From assembly GCA_025210265.1 (NCBI GenBank), contig JAOASD010000032.1, positions 72,280 to 136,279 of the forward strand: a stretch of 64,000 nt of DNA. The letters are read 5' to 3'. Source of the DNA: Pelagimonas sp. (lineage in GTDB: Bacteria; Pseudomonadota; Alphaproteobacteria; Rhodobacterales; Rhodobacteraceae). Of this stretch, positions 49,022 to 58,800 are shown in pieces. The number at the start of each line of letters is the position of its first letter. Position 1 is the first letter of the stretch. Both the position numbers and the translations under genes were made by a program. The notes under the pieces are model-generated. The model ran no database searches. It was given only the letters and a program-made list of their open reading frames with translations, and was not told where the DNA came from.

Positions 49022-51313
49022 TCAGATGATGTCGTTGATCAGGTCGTTCAGCATCATGTTCTCGATGATGACCCGGCCATCAACACCGAAATCCAGCACC
49101 GCGTCGGCGCCGTTCTGTGTGCCCACGCTGGCCACCAGAGCCGAGACCGAGGCAAAGCCAAGCCCGGCAAGGTCCAGATCCAGTTCGTCAATATTGTCTT
49201 CGAAATCAAGGATGCGCAGCGTGTCATCCCCGATGTTAAAGACAAAATCATCCGACCCGCTGCCGCCGGTGGCCCGGTCGCTGCCTTCGTTGCCAATGAT
49301 CGTATCCGCACCACTGCCGCCATCCAGCGTGTCATTGCCAGTGCCGCCGGTCATGTTGTCCGACCCGTCGCCGCCGATCAGGATGTCCTTGCCAGCTTCG
49401 CCCAGCAGCGTGTCATTGCCGGTGCCGCCATTCAGGCTGTCCCCCCCAGCGCCAGCCTGCAGCAGATCCGCAGCGGACCCGCCAATCAGCGTATCAGCAT
49501 CGTCGCCGCCATAAAGCGCATCGGCATTGGCGCCCCCGATCAGCGTGTCGTTGCCCGCATCCCCATACAGCGTGTCCGCGCCTTTGCCGCCGATCACGCT
49601 GTCATCGCCGTTGCCGCCTCCGACGGCATCATCGCCGGTGCCGCCATCAACGGTGTCATTGCCGCGCTCACCTTCCAGCGAATCATCGCCGCCGCCGCCT
49701 TTCAGCAGGTCATCGGCACGGCCACCACGCAGTGTATCCACGCCCCCGCCGCCGGACAGGGTATCGGTGCCCTGACCGCCGAGCAGATAGTCCAGGCCGC
49801 TGCCGCCCAGCAGGGAATCCTCGCCATGGCCACCGAACAGGGTGTCATCGCCATTGCCACCATTCAGGGTGTCATTCCCGGCCGCACCGGATTGGCTGTC
49901 ATCACCATTGCCGGTGCGGATGTTTTCCGAATTTTCCAGCGATCCAAACACGGTCACATTGGCATCGCCCTGGGTGGTGAAGTTGAAGGCAAAATTGTCG
50001 AGGTGGAATTTGATATCGAACGGCACAGGCAATACGCCAAAATCCACGGTCAGATTGTCCCGCATCACCTGAACAATCTCATCGGTCTCTGAATACAGCC
50101 CCGCATCGGCAAGTGTGATGGTGCTGCCGGCCTCGGCCAGCTCAACCGCGCCTTTGATGGTTTCGCTCATCTCATAGGTCGACCCGTTATAGGCGACCGA
50201 CACGGGCAGATCCAAACGGAAGGCCGAAAACCCATCATCGTTGCGCCCGCCGACATAGACAAACGGGACACCGTCGATATCGACCAGGACCGGTTGAATG
50301 GCGCCAAGCAGTTCCAGCGTGGCATCATCGGCCACGCTGAATACCTCGGTCAGCGATCCGTCGTTGTTGACACGCAGGATCGACACACCACTGTCACTTT
50401 GCCCCGCAACCGTCAGATAATGGATTCCGCCGATCACATCCATCGACATATCATATGCGCCGAACAGTTCCAGCGTGCCTGCATCAAGCAGATTGTCGAT
50501 CCAGACCAGCGATCCATCGCTGCTCATCTCAAAGATGTCGACCCGACTATTGCCGAATTGCGAGACATAGACATATGTGGCACCGTTGATTTGCGCGGTT
50601 TTGACGTTCTCAGCTGAAAAGAACCCCGAGTCCGCGTCATCCGCAAAGTCGAACGTGCTGGTCAACAAACCGTCCGCGCCGATTTCAAAAACTGACAGAC
50701 CGGTGTCTAACTCGGCCACAGCCAGCAAAAAGGTCTTGGCCCCGATTGTGACGGTGGTCAGATCAATGACCCCGCTTAGATAGGTTGAAACGGTGTCATC
50801 GACATTCTGAAGATTGACAAGGACACCCCCGTCTGTCACACGAAAGACCGAGATCCCGCTATCGTCGTACCCGGCTGTGTACATATACACATTCCCGTTC
50901 GAGAGCTCGATTGTTTCGATCCGAAAGACCCCGTTCAGGTTCAGCGTCGCGGTATCGCTCAGATGGTTGCGTGCTTCCAGGGTGCCGTCATTGTTGATCT
51001 CAAACAGGGAAATGCCATCATCACTGAAGCCGGGCACAGCCAGCATTGGCGTGCCGTTGACCTCAAAGAAATGCGGATTGGCCGCGCCTAACAGTTCGTA
51101 CACGGCGTCGTCGCTGTCCTGAATGGTCTGGATCAGGGTCGGCGTCCCGTCGCTGGCCAACTGATAGACATTGAGCGCATTGCTAAAGCGGCCAGAGATG
51201 TACAGGTAATTTGTGCCCCCGATATTTGCCTTGGCAATGCCTTCGACGGCATCCAGCAGAGCGCCATCATCGCCATTCATCACATTGGCGACACTCACAA
51301 GATTTGCAGACAT
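49022..51313 (-). CDS. RTX exoprotein paralogue 1: N-terminal 7-fold beta-propeller-like repeats, RTX Ca-binding repeats and a T1SS-type C-terminus
   Basis: 763 aa with no signal peptide. Seven units of the type YLYxxGxxDxGISVFxIxxDGTL, about 25 GGxGxD nonapeptides, and a C-terminal DDFVF...LNDLINDII. Confidence 0.85.
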   Translation of the reverse strand: MSANLVSVANVMNGDDGALLDAVEGIAKANIGGTNYLYISGRFSNALNVYQLASDGTPTLIQTIQDSDDAVYELLGAANPHFFEVNGTPMLAVPGFSDDGISLFEINNDGTLEARNHLSDTATLNLNGVFRIETIELSNGNVYMYTAGYDDSGISVFRVTDGGVLVNLQNVDDTVSTYLSGVIDLTTVTIGAKTFLLAVAELDTGLSVFEIGADGLLTSTFDFADDADSGFFSAENVKTAQINGATYVYVSQFGNSRVDIFEMSSDGSLVWIDNLLDAGTLELFGAYDMSMDVIGGIHYLTVAGQSDSGVSILRVNNDGSLTEVFSVADDATLELLGAIQPVLVDIDGVPFVYVGGRNDDGFSAFRLDLPVSVAYNGSTYEMSETIKGAVELAEAGSTITLADAGLYSETDEIVQVMRDNLTVDFGVLPVPFDIKFHLDNFAFNFTTQGDANVTVFGSLENSENIRTGNGDDSQSGAAGNDTLNGGNGDDTLFGGHGEDSLLGGSGLDYLLGGQGTDTLSGGGGVDTLRGGRADDLLKGGGGDDSLEGERGNDTVDGGTGDDAVGGGNGDDSVIGGKGADTLYGDAGNDTLIGGANADALYGGDDADTLIGGSAADLLQAGAGGDSLNGGTGNDTLLGEAGKDILIGGDGSDNMTGGTGNDTLDGGSGADTIIGNEGSDRATGGSGSDDFVFNIGDDTLRILDFEDNIDELDLDLAGLGFASVSALVASVGTQNGADAVLDFGVDGRVIIENMMLNDLINDII

Positions 51314-51328
51314 GGTTTTTCCCTACCC

Positions 51329-53629
51329 TTAAATAATATCGTTGATGAGGCTGGCCAAAGTCGTGTTTTCGACAATGATGCGGCCATCGACCCCGAAATC
51401 CAGCACCGCATCGGCGCCGTTCTGTGTGCCCACACTGGCCACCAATGCCGAGACCGAGGCAAAGCCAAGCCCGGCAAGGTCCAGATCCAGCTCATCAACA
51501 TTGTCTTCGAAATCGAGGATGCGCAGCGTGTCGTCCCCGTTGTTGAACACAAAATCATCCGATCCTGTGCCACCCGTAACGCGGTCGCTGCCGGTACCGC
51601 CAGTCAGGGTATCATTACCCGACCCGCCATCCATCGTGTCATTGCCGCTTTCGCCCAGCATGATGTCGGCGCCATCGCCACCCAGCAGGATGTCTTTGCC
51701 TGCGCCACCGGTCATGCTGTCCCCACCCGCGCCGCCGGACAGGCTGTCGCCGCCCGCATCGCCGAGCATCTCATCCGCGGCCGCGCCCCCGACCAGTGTG
51801 TCCGCGCCTTCGCCGCCCTCCATATAGTCGGCATTCGCCCCGCCATTCAGGCTGTCATTGCCGTCGCCACCGAGCAGCGTGTCAGAATGCCGACCGCCCG
51901 ACAGCACGTCATCGCCGTTTTCGCCCAGCAGGAGGTCATCGCCATTGCCGCCGGTCAGCGTGTCTTTGCCACGCTCGCCGGTCAGGGCATCGTCCCCGCC
52001 GCCGCCGGACAGGCTGTCATCCGCGCGCCCCCCATAAAGCGTATCCGCGCCGCCATTGCCCCACAGGGTATCGGTGCCCTGACCGCCATCCAGCGTGTCG
52101 CTGCCGGAACTGCCGCTCAGCTGGTCCAGCCCGTGACCGCCAAAGATCAGGTCATTGCCCTTGCCCGCATTCACCGTGTCATCCCCGCCCGAGGCGACAA
52201 TCGTGTCATCGCCATCGCCGGTGCGGATGTCTTCGGAATTGATCCCATCGCCATGGACCAGCACGGATTTATGACCAGTGGTGGTGAAATTGTAGGCAAA
52301 GCCTTCGAGGTCAAAGCGCACCGCGCCGTCAATCGTGTCATTGCCGAAATTGACCCGGATATTGTCCTGATCCACCACAGCGGTGTCACTGGTTTCGGAA
52401 TAGATCGCGGAATGCAGGACCGAAATCACCGCGCCCCCCGGTGCATCGCGCATCAGCCCGGCAAAGGTTTCGCCCGTGTCATAGGTCACGCCATTGTAGC
52501 TGGCCGCCAGGGGCATATCGATGCGAAAACTCGAGATCCCGTTGTCGGTAAACCCTGTGCCAAACAGATAGGTAAACCCATCAATCCGCATGAAATCGAG
52601 GCCCGAGGCCTCGTTCAAATTCACCGTGGAATCATCCTGAATGGACCGCACGTGGACCAGACTGCCGTCAGAGTCGATACGGAACAGGGTGATGCCGTCA
52701 TCAATATATCCCGACACCCCCAGGTAATCCTGCCCACCAATCCGCACAGGCTCTGCGATGAAAGCGCCGCTCAACTCGGTCGATGAATTGTCCCCGATGC
52801 TGTCAATGTAGCGCAGGCCGCCGCTGGCAGTGACCTCGAACACCGACACGCCGTCGTCGTTATATCCGGTCGCATAGACATAAGTACCGGTTTCGGTGCT
52901 GACCACCGCACCGTCAAAATTGCTGTCCATCAGGTAATTGCCATTCTGGCTATCCCGGACATGGGACAGGGCGGTCAGCGTGCCGTCACTTTCGATACGG
53001 AACACCGAAAACCCGTCATCACCGTTCCCGCCAATCACCATGTAGCGGGTTCCGGCGATCTCGAAAGGTTCAATGTAATAGGGGTTGTCGATGTTCAGCG
53101 TGCCGGTGTCCTGAATGTTCTGAACATTGCCGATGATTGACCCTGCCGCGCTGAGGCGGAACACCGAGACGCCCGAATCCGTCGTGCCGCCAACGTACAA
53201 AAAGGTGGTGCCGTCGATTTCCACCGTATTCATGGTTAACGCGCCATCCAGTTCCAACGAGACGGTGTCAAACGCGCTTCCGGCCAATTCCAGCGTGCCG
53301 TCATTGTTGATCTGAAACACCGCCACGCGATCGCTTGATCCGCCGGCAACGCTCAGAAAAGGCTTGCCCTCGATTTCAAACACATGGACCTGAGTGGCGC
53401 TGAACAGGGCGTAGTTCGGATCGTCGGTGGCCAGCAGAGTCTGGATGTCCGTCAGGGTGCCATCCGCGCCGACCTCAAACGCAACCAAAGAGTTGGAGTT
53501 CAGGCTCACCGCATAAAGAAAGCTGCGATCAGCGATCTGGACAGTGTTGACGCCATAGGCCCCAGATATGGCCAGGCCGGGATGGGTTGTTATGGAAACA
53601 TTGTCGGTGTTGAAAAAATTGATGCTCAT
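51329..53629 (-). CDS. RTX exoprotein paralogue 2 (same architecture)
   Basis: 766 aa. AAAAGGA SD. Its stop lies 15 nt upstream of the paralogue 1 start. Seven blade-like units, RTX repeats and the same C-terminal domain. Confidence 0.85.
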   Translation of the reverse strand: MSINFFNTDNVSITTHPGLAISGAYGVNTVQIADRSFLYAVSLNSNSLVAFEVGADGTLTDIQTLLATDDPNYALFSATQVHVFEIEGKPFLSVAGGSSDRVAVFQINNDGTLELAGSAFDTVSLELDGALTMNTVEIDGTTFLYVGGTTDSGVSVFRLSAAGSIIGNVQNIQDTGTLNIDNPYYIEPFEIAGTRYMVIGGNGDDGFSVFRIESDGTLTALSHVRDSQNGNYLMDSNFDGAVVSTETGTYVYATGYNDDGVSVFEVTASGGLRYIDSIGDNSSTELSGAFIAEPVRIGGQDYLGVSGYIDDGITLFRIDSDGSLVHVRSIQDDSTVNLNEASGLDFMRIDGFTYLFGTGFTDNGISSFRIDMPLAASYNGVTYDTGETFAGLMRDAPGGAVISVLHSAIYSETSDTAVVDQDNIRVNFGNDTIDGAVRFDLEGFAYNFTTTGHKSVLVHGDGINSEDIRTGDGDDTIVASGGDDTVNAGKGNDLIFGGHGLDQLSGSSGSDTLDGGQGTDTLWGNGGADTLYGGRADDSLSGGGGDDALTGERGKDTLTGGNGDDLLLGENGDDVLSGGRHSDTLLGGDGNDSLNGGANADYMEGGEGADTLVGGAAADEMLGDAGGDSLSGGAGGDSMTGGAGKDILLGGDGADIMLGESGNDTMDGGSGNDTLTGGTGSDRVTGGTGSDDFVFNNGDDTLRILDFEDNVDELDLDLAGLGFASVSALVASVGTQNGADAVLDFGVDGRIIVENTTLASLINDII

Positions 53630-53715
53630 GGACGTGGTCCTTTTTGCCTGATGCGCAAAGCGCGTGGCGAGATGTCAGACCCCGGCGGCGGGCGCGCGGC
53701 CCGGCCAGCGCGGGC

Positions 53716-56010
53716 TTAAATGATGTCGTTGATCAGATCACCCAGCTGGGTGTTTTCGATGATGATCACGCCGTCGACGCCGAAATCCAGCACCGCATTG
53801 GCGCCGTTCTGCGTGCCGACCAGCGACACCAGCTGCGTGACCGAGGCAAAGCCAAGCGCCACAAGGTCAAGGTCGATCTGGTCCACATCGTCTTCGAAAT
53901 CGAGAACCCGGTCCGTGCCATCGCCGATCTCGAACACAAAATCATCCGATCCCGCGCCACCGGTTAGCCGGTCATTGCCGGTGCCACCCCGAAGCTGGTC
54001 ATTGCCATCGCCGGCATCCAGCGTGTCATTGCCGCTATCGCCCAGCAGCGTGTCGGCACCGCTGCCACCCAGCAGCCGGTCCTTGCCGGAGCCGCCTGCG
54101 ACATAGTCATTGCCCGTGTCGCCATTCAGCGTGTCCGCGCCCGCGCCACCGGCCAGCGTATCCGACGCTGATCCGCCATCCAGCAGGTCCGCGCCCTCGC
54201 CACCGTCTATCAGGTCGCTATTGGCGTCGCCGGTCAGGCTGTCATTGCCTTCGCCGCCAAACAGTTGGTCGGCCCCGTCGCCACCAAATATGCTGTCATC
54301 GCCAGAGGCACCAAAGATGAAATCATTGCCTGTGCCGCCGACCAGAATGTCTTTGCCGCGCTCGCCCAGCAGCGTGTCATTGCCGGTGCCGCCGGTCAGG
54401 GAATCATCCGACCGCCCTCCGTGCAGGCTGTCGTTACCGCCTTCGCCATGGATCGTATCAGCGCCCTGACCGCCAAAGCCCGTATCCGTCCCGCTGTCCA
54501 GCATGACCAGATCATTGCCATGGCCCGCCTTGACCAGATCATCGCCGCGATTGCTGTTCAGCGTGTCATTGCCCGCTGCGCCAAAAATCACGTCATCGCC
54601 ATAGCCCGTGCGGATGTTTTCCGAATTGATGCCCGACCCAATCACCCGCACCGCGCCATCGCCGCTGGTGGTGAAATTGAAGGCAAAATCATCCAGATGG
54701 AAATCCAGCTGGGCTCCGGTGTCGCCCAGCTCCAGCCGGATATTGTCCTGCGTGACGGAAACGGATTCGCGGCTCACGTCATAATCCATCGGCGCGACCA
54801 TTTCGATCCGCGTGCCGCCCGGCGCGTTCTCCAGCAGTCCTGCGATGGTTTCGCCCGTGCCAAACAAATTGCCGTTGTACGAGGCCTGCAACGGCATATC
54901 CATGCGAAAGACCGAAACGCCATTGCTGTTAAAACCACTGACAATCAGATGCGGGATATTGTCCAGAACAACAAAGGTGCTGGAGGTTGTAGCCAGCAGA
55001 TTTCTGGGTGCCGCATGATTGACCGAGTCAAGTTCGGTCAGCATGCCGTCCTCTTCGACCCGAAACAGGGAAAAGCCGCTCTCTGACTGAGACACCACCG
55101 ACAGATAAGAGGTGCCGTTGACCTCAAAGGTGCTGCTGCGCCAGATCATGCCCAAATTCAGGCCGGTGGTATCCGCAACCGGGCCGATATGGCTCAGCGT
55201 GCCGTTCGGGTGCAGTTCGAAAATCGACAGGCCATTGTCATTAAGCCCGCCTGCATACAAAAACGTGCCAGCCGATGTCTGCGCAACGGACAGGGAATAC
55301 TGCCCGTTCATCAGGTATGCGGCATTTTCGCTGTCGCGCACATTGTCGGTATTGGTCAAAGTGCCATCGAAATTGACGCGGAACACCGAAAACCCTTCAT
55401 CGGTGGTGCCCCCGGAAATGACAAAATGCGTGCCGCCGATCTCGACGGTTTCCATGTAAAAGGGAAACAGGATGTTCAGCGTCGGCGAGTCTCCGATATT
55501 CTGGACATTGCTGTTGATGGTGCCATTGTCATTCATGGCAAAGACGCTGATCCCGTGATCGTCTAGCCCGGCCACATACAGATAGGTCGTCCCGCCGATC
55601 TCGACCGAGGTCATGTCAATGGCGCCGTCCAGTTCATAAAGGCCTGCATCGGGCACGATCTGGGTGATCTCAAGCGTGCCATCATTGTTGACCCGAAAGA
55701 TCGTGATCCCGTCATCATCCCGGCCAGAGGCCACAAGGAACGGCTCCCCGTTGATTTCCATTGGGTGGATGTAATTGATCCGGTCCAGCTCATAGGTTGG
55801 GTCGTCGCTGTCATTAAAGACCTGTAGCGCCGTCAGCGACCCGTTTGTGGCGATTTCATAGGCGGACAGGCGGTCAATGGTCACGGCAGAGACATACAGA
55901 AAGCTGCGCGTGCCGACCTGAATGGTTTCGATGGAAAACGGGACATTTAACGGCAGCGTGGTGTCGTTGAAAACATCCGGGTTCTGCGTATTGACGAGGG
56001 AGAGGCCCAT
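53716..56010 (-). CDS. RTX exoprotein paralogue 3 (same architecture)
   Basis: 764 aa from MGLSLVNTQNPDVF (AAGGAA SD). The 44-aa upstream extension of the ORF-track call was rejected. Confidence 0.82.
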   Translation of the reverse strand: MGLSLVNTQNPDVFNDTTLPLNVPFSIETIQVGTRSFLYVSAVTIDRLSAYEIATNGSLTALQVFNDSDDPTYELDRINYIHPMEINGEPFLVASGRDDDGITIFRVNNDGTLEITQIVPDAGLYELDGAIDMTSVEIGGTTYLYVAGLDDHGISVFAMNDNGTINSNVQNIGDSPTLNILFPFYMETVEIGGTHFVISGGTTDEGFSVFRVNFDGTLTNTDNVRDSENAAYLMNGQYSLSVAQTSAGTFLYAGGLNDNGLSIFELHPNGTLSHIGPVADTTGLNLGMIWRSSTFEVNGTSYLSVVSQSESGFSLFRVEEDGMLTELDSVNHAAPRNLLATTSSTFVVLDNIPHLIVSGFNSNGVSVFRMDMPLQASYNGNLFGTGETIAGLLENAPGGTRIEMVAPMDYDVSRESVSVTQDNIRLELGDTGAQLDFHLDDFAFNFTTSGDGAVRVIGSGINSENIRTGYGDDVIFGAAGNDTLNSNRGDDLVKAGHGNDLVMLDSGTDTGFGGQGADTIHGEGGNDSLHGGRSDDSLTGGTGNDTLLGERGKDILVGGTGNDFIFGASGDDSIFGGDGADQLFGGEGNDSLTGDANSDLIDGGEGADLLDGGSASDTLAGGAGADTLNGDTGNDYVAGGSGKDRLLGGSGADTLLGDSGNDTLDAGDGNDQLRGGTGNDRLTGGAGSDDFVFEIGDGTDRVLDFEDDVDQIDLDLVALGFASVTQLVSLVGTQNGANAVLDFGVDGVIIIENTQLGDLINDII

Positions 56011-56294
56011 GAGAATTCCTTCTGGAATAACCGCCTGACGGAGGAGCGTGAAAATAAACTGACCCAGCGTAACACAAAACGGACATTCAGGTTGAATATT
56101 TTGTGTCCGAAAGATGGGGATGGGACAGGCAGGCCCTGTCAATTTTGACTGTCTGCGGGGCGGGTGCGCCTGACGTTTCCATCGCGCAAACGATCGGTCG
56201 AAAACCCCGATATTGTCCGAAGCCTGTCCAAATGCTGCCTTGATTGAGCAGCAGATATGATCCTCAAGAACGGATTACGAAAAGGTCGTCAGAC

Positions 56295-57200
56295 ATGGAT
56301 CGCCTCACGGAAATGGAAGCCTTTGCAACGGTTGTAGACCAGGGCGGCTTCACCGATGCTGCCAAGAAAATGGGCATCTCCAAATCCGCTGTCTCCAAAC
56401 ATGTGTCCTCGCTTGAGGCCCGTCTGGGCGCGCGCCTGCTGAACCGCACCACGCGTCGCGTCAGCCCGACCGAGATCGGCCTGGCCTATTACGACCGCGC
56501 CCGCCGCGTGTTGAATGACGCAGGCGAGGCCGACGCGCTGGTGACCTCGATGCAATCCGCGCCCTCGGGCCTGCTGCGCATTTCGGTGGCGACGGATTTT
56601 GGCGTGAACCACCTGTCGCCCGAGCTGGGGGATTTCCTGGCGGAATTCCCGGACATCACCGTCAACATGGTGCTGAACAACCGCTATGTGGAGCTGATCA
56701 GCGAAGGCTTTGACATGGCGATCCGCATTGGCGAGCTGGAAGACAGCACACTGCGCGCCCGCAAGCTGACCGACACGACCAAACGCATGATCGCCTCGCC
56801 GCGCTATTTCGAACAATATGGCCGTCCGCAGCGCATCGACGATCTGAACGAACATAAGCTGCTGCATTATTCCAACCAGTCCGCAGGCAGTGTCTGGAAG
56901 CTGACCGCCCCGTCGGGCGAAAAGCGTCAGGTGCGCACGGCGGGCTGGCTGACGGTGAATGATGGCCAGTCGCTGATGAACGCCTGTATCGCCGGTCTGG
57001 GCATCGCCTATCTGCCCTCTTACCTTTATCACGACGCGATGGAGCAGGGGCTGGTCGAGGATGTGATCCCCGATCTGCCGGTCGAAACCCAGGGCATTTA
57101 CGCGGTCTACCCGCCGGGCCGCTTTACCCAGCCCAAGGTCCGCGCTTTCATTGATTTCCTCGTGCATGCCTTTGCCGAAAAAGGCCCGCATGAGTGGTGA
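56295..57200 (+). CDS. LysR-family transcriptional regulator
   Basis: MDRLTEMEAFATVVDQGGFTDAAKKMGISKSAVSKHVSSLEARLGARLLNRTTR. 301 aa. Divergent from RTX paralogue 3. Confidence 0.9.
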   Translation: MDRLTEMEAFATVVDQGGFTDAAKKMGISKSAVSKHVSSLEARLGARLLNRTTRRVSPTEIGLAYYDRARRVLNDAGEADALVTSMQSAPSGLLRISVATDFGVNHLSPELGDFLAEFPDITVNMVLNNRYVELISEGFDMAIRIGELEDSTLRARKLTDTTKRMIASPRYFEQYGRPQRIDDLNEHKLLHYSNQSAGSVWKLTAPSGEKRQVRTAGWLTVNDGQSLMNACIAGLGIAYLPSYLYHDAMEQGLVEDVIPDLPVETQGIYAVYPPGRFTQPKVRAFIDFLVHAFAEKGPHEW

Positions 57201-57231
57201 GTGACCCCTCGTATTGTCTTCCTCATGACTG

Positions 57232-57259
57232 CCCCCGGTTCTGCCGGGGGTTTCTTTTT
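57232..57259 (+). terminator. Rho-independent terminator after the LysR gene
   Basis: Stem cccccgg / ccggggg with loop ttctg, then TTTCTTTTT. Confidence 0.75.
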
Positions 57260-57284
57260 GGTCAGAGGGCTTTGGCAGGGCGGG

Positions 57285-58259
57285 TTATTCGGTGGAAATC
57301 AGCACCGCCTCGACCCGACGGTTCAGGCGGCGGCCCGCTTCGGTCAGGTTGCTGGCCAAGGGGGCAAGGAAACCGGCCCCTTCGGCGCTGATCTGATCGG
57401 CAGGAATGTCATGCCTGTCGCGCAGATAGGTCACGGCGGCGCGGGCGCGCTGCAGCGACACGCGCTGGTTGGCCTCAAGACTGCCGGTGGCATCGGTATG
57501 GCCGACAAACATCACCCGGCGCGTCGGGTTCTGACGCAGATAAGCGGCCAGCTGGTCCAGACTGTCGACCGGGCCGGGGGTCAGTGCGCTGGCACCGCTG
57601 GCAAAGCGCATATCGCGCAGCACCGCATGGCCGGTTTCTTCCAGCTGCAGATCAATCGGACCCTGCGCTGTGTCGGGCAAAGGGTGGGGCAGCCCCGGCA
57701 GCGCGGCATCGGTGGTTTCGCCGGGAAACGGGCCTTCGCCCCCGGCGCGGATGATCTGCAGATAGGCCGAGGTCGCATCGCGGCTGGCCAGCAGCGCCAC
57801 CGCGCGCCCATCGGGCGAAACCGCCGAAATCGCGTGGAAATCGCTGAGATCGACAAACATTTCCGGCGCCGGCAGCACCAGTGTGTCAAAATGGAAATCA
57901 AACCCGCCACAGGCGCGGTCGATGCAATCCAGCAGGATCTGGAAATCCGCATTGGCCAGCTGTTCGCGCAACGGGTCAATCAGCTGCAATGGCGTCAGCC
58001 CCGATCCCTCAATACGCCAGGCCTGCACCAGCACGCGGCCCTCGAACCGGCGCTTGGCCACGCCGCGATCTTCGTGCCAGGGGGCGATGGGCAGGTCATA
58101 GGCCCCGATCTGACGGGCAACTTGCGCGCTGCGGTCCGCCCCCGCGGGCAGAGCCAGATCCTGCGCCGCGCCCGCGCCCGCCATCACAGCAAGCAGCGCA
58201 GCACAAAAGGGCAGGGCGATCCGGGCGCGCTTAGCGGAACTGGGCGTGGTATTCGTCAT
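57285..58259 (-). CDS. OmpA-family (OmpA_C/peptidoglycan-binding) exported protein
   Basis: 324 aa. Signal peptide ...LLAVMAGAGAAQ. C-terminal OmpA-like motif VGHTDATGSLEANQRVSLQRARAVTYL...NRRVE. Confidence 0.82.
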   Translation of the reverse strand: MTNTTPSSAKRARIALPFCAALLAVMAGAGAAQDLALPAGADRSAQVARQIGAYDLPIAPWHEDRGVAKRRFEGRVLVQAWRIEGSGLTPLQLIDPLREQLANADFQILLDCIDRACGGFDFHFDTLVLPAPEMFVDLSDFHAISAVSPDGRAVALLASRDATSAYLQIIRAGGEGPFPGETTDAALPGLPHPLPDTAQGPIDLQLEETGHAVLRDMRFASGASALTPGPVDSLDQLAAYLRQNPTRRVMFVGHTDATGSLEANQRVSLQRARAAVTYLRDRHDIPADQISAEGAGFLAPLASNLTEAGRRLNRRVEAVLISTE

Positions 58260-58800
58260 TGGGGCGCATATCCGTCGCGCTGGCCACTCGGTTTGTCATG
58301 TTGAAAAAGCCGGTGACATTGGCAATGTCCCAGATGTCGCGATCGCTGAACCCCGCATCGCGCAGTGCCTCGCGGTCATATTCTGCGATCTCGGCGCTGG
58401 TTTTTGTGACCTTTTCGGCAAAGGTCAGCATGGCGCGCTGGCGGTGATCCAGATCAGCCGAACGCCAGTTCATCACCAGCATTTCGCCCAGTTTGGGGTC
58501 GCCGGACAGCTCGCGCACTGCCGCGCCATGGGCGGTCAGGCAGTAGAAACATTTGTTGATGGAGCTGACCACCACGGCGATCATCTCGCGCTCCAGCTTG
58601 CTGACCCCGCTATTGGCCAGCATCAGGTCGTTATACATCGCGGTAAAGGCGTTCAGCTTGTCGATGTCAAACGCATAGGCCTGCAGCACATTGGGGATCA
58701 TGCCCAGCTTGTCCTGGCAGATGTCGAAATATTTCTGCGTGTCTTCGGGCAGAGGGTCGACCATGGGCAGGTCAAGCGCGGTAGGACGGGGCTGGGTCAC
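58231..58800 (-). CDS. AhpD-like / carboxymuconolactone-decarboxylase-family peroxidase-related protein
   Basis: CxxC-type motif KCFYCLTAH. GTG at 58800 overlaps the upstream stop (GTGA); an ATG at 58764 is the alternative start. Its 3' end overlaps the OmpA-family start by 29 nt. Confidence 0.75.
   Translation of the reverse strand: MTQPRPTALDLPMVDPLPEDTQKYFDICQDKLGMIPNVLQAYAFDIDKLNAFTAMYNDLMLANSGVSKLEREMIAVVVSSINKCFYCLTAHGAAVRELSGDPKLGEMLVMNWRSADLDHRQRAMLTFAEKVTKTSAEIAEYDREALRDAGFSDRDIWDIANVTGFFNMTNRVASATDMRPNDEYHAQFR

Noticed and set aside
49300-49950. Highly periodic DNA in the RTX genes (also 51600-52250, 53980-54640 and 21150-22320) that could be mistaken for a tandem-repeat locus or CRISPR-like array
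   Set aside because: The periodicity is the 27-nt nonapeptide coding repeat inside long intact ORFs. There are no constant repeats with unique spacers and no cas genes.
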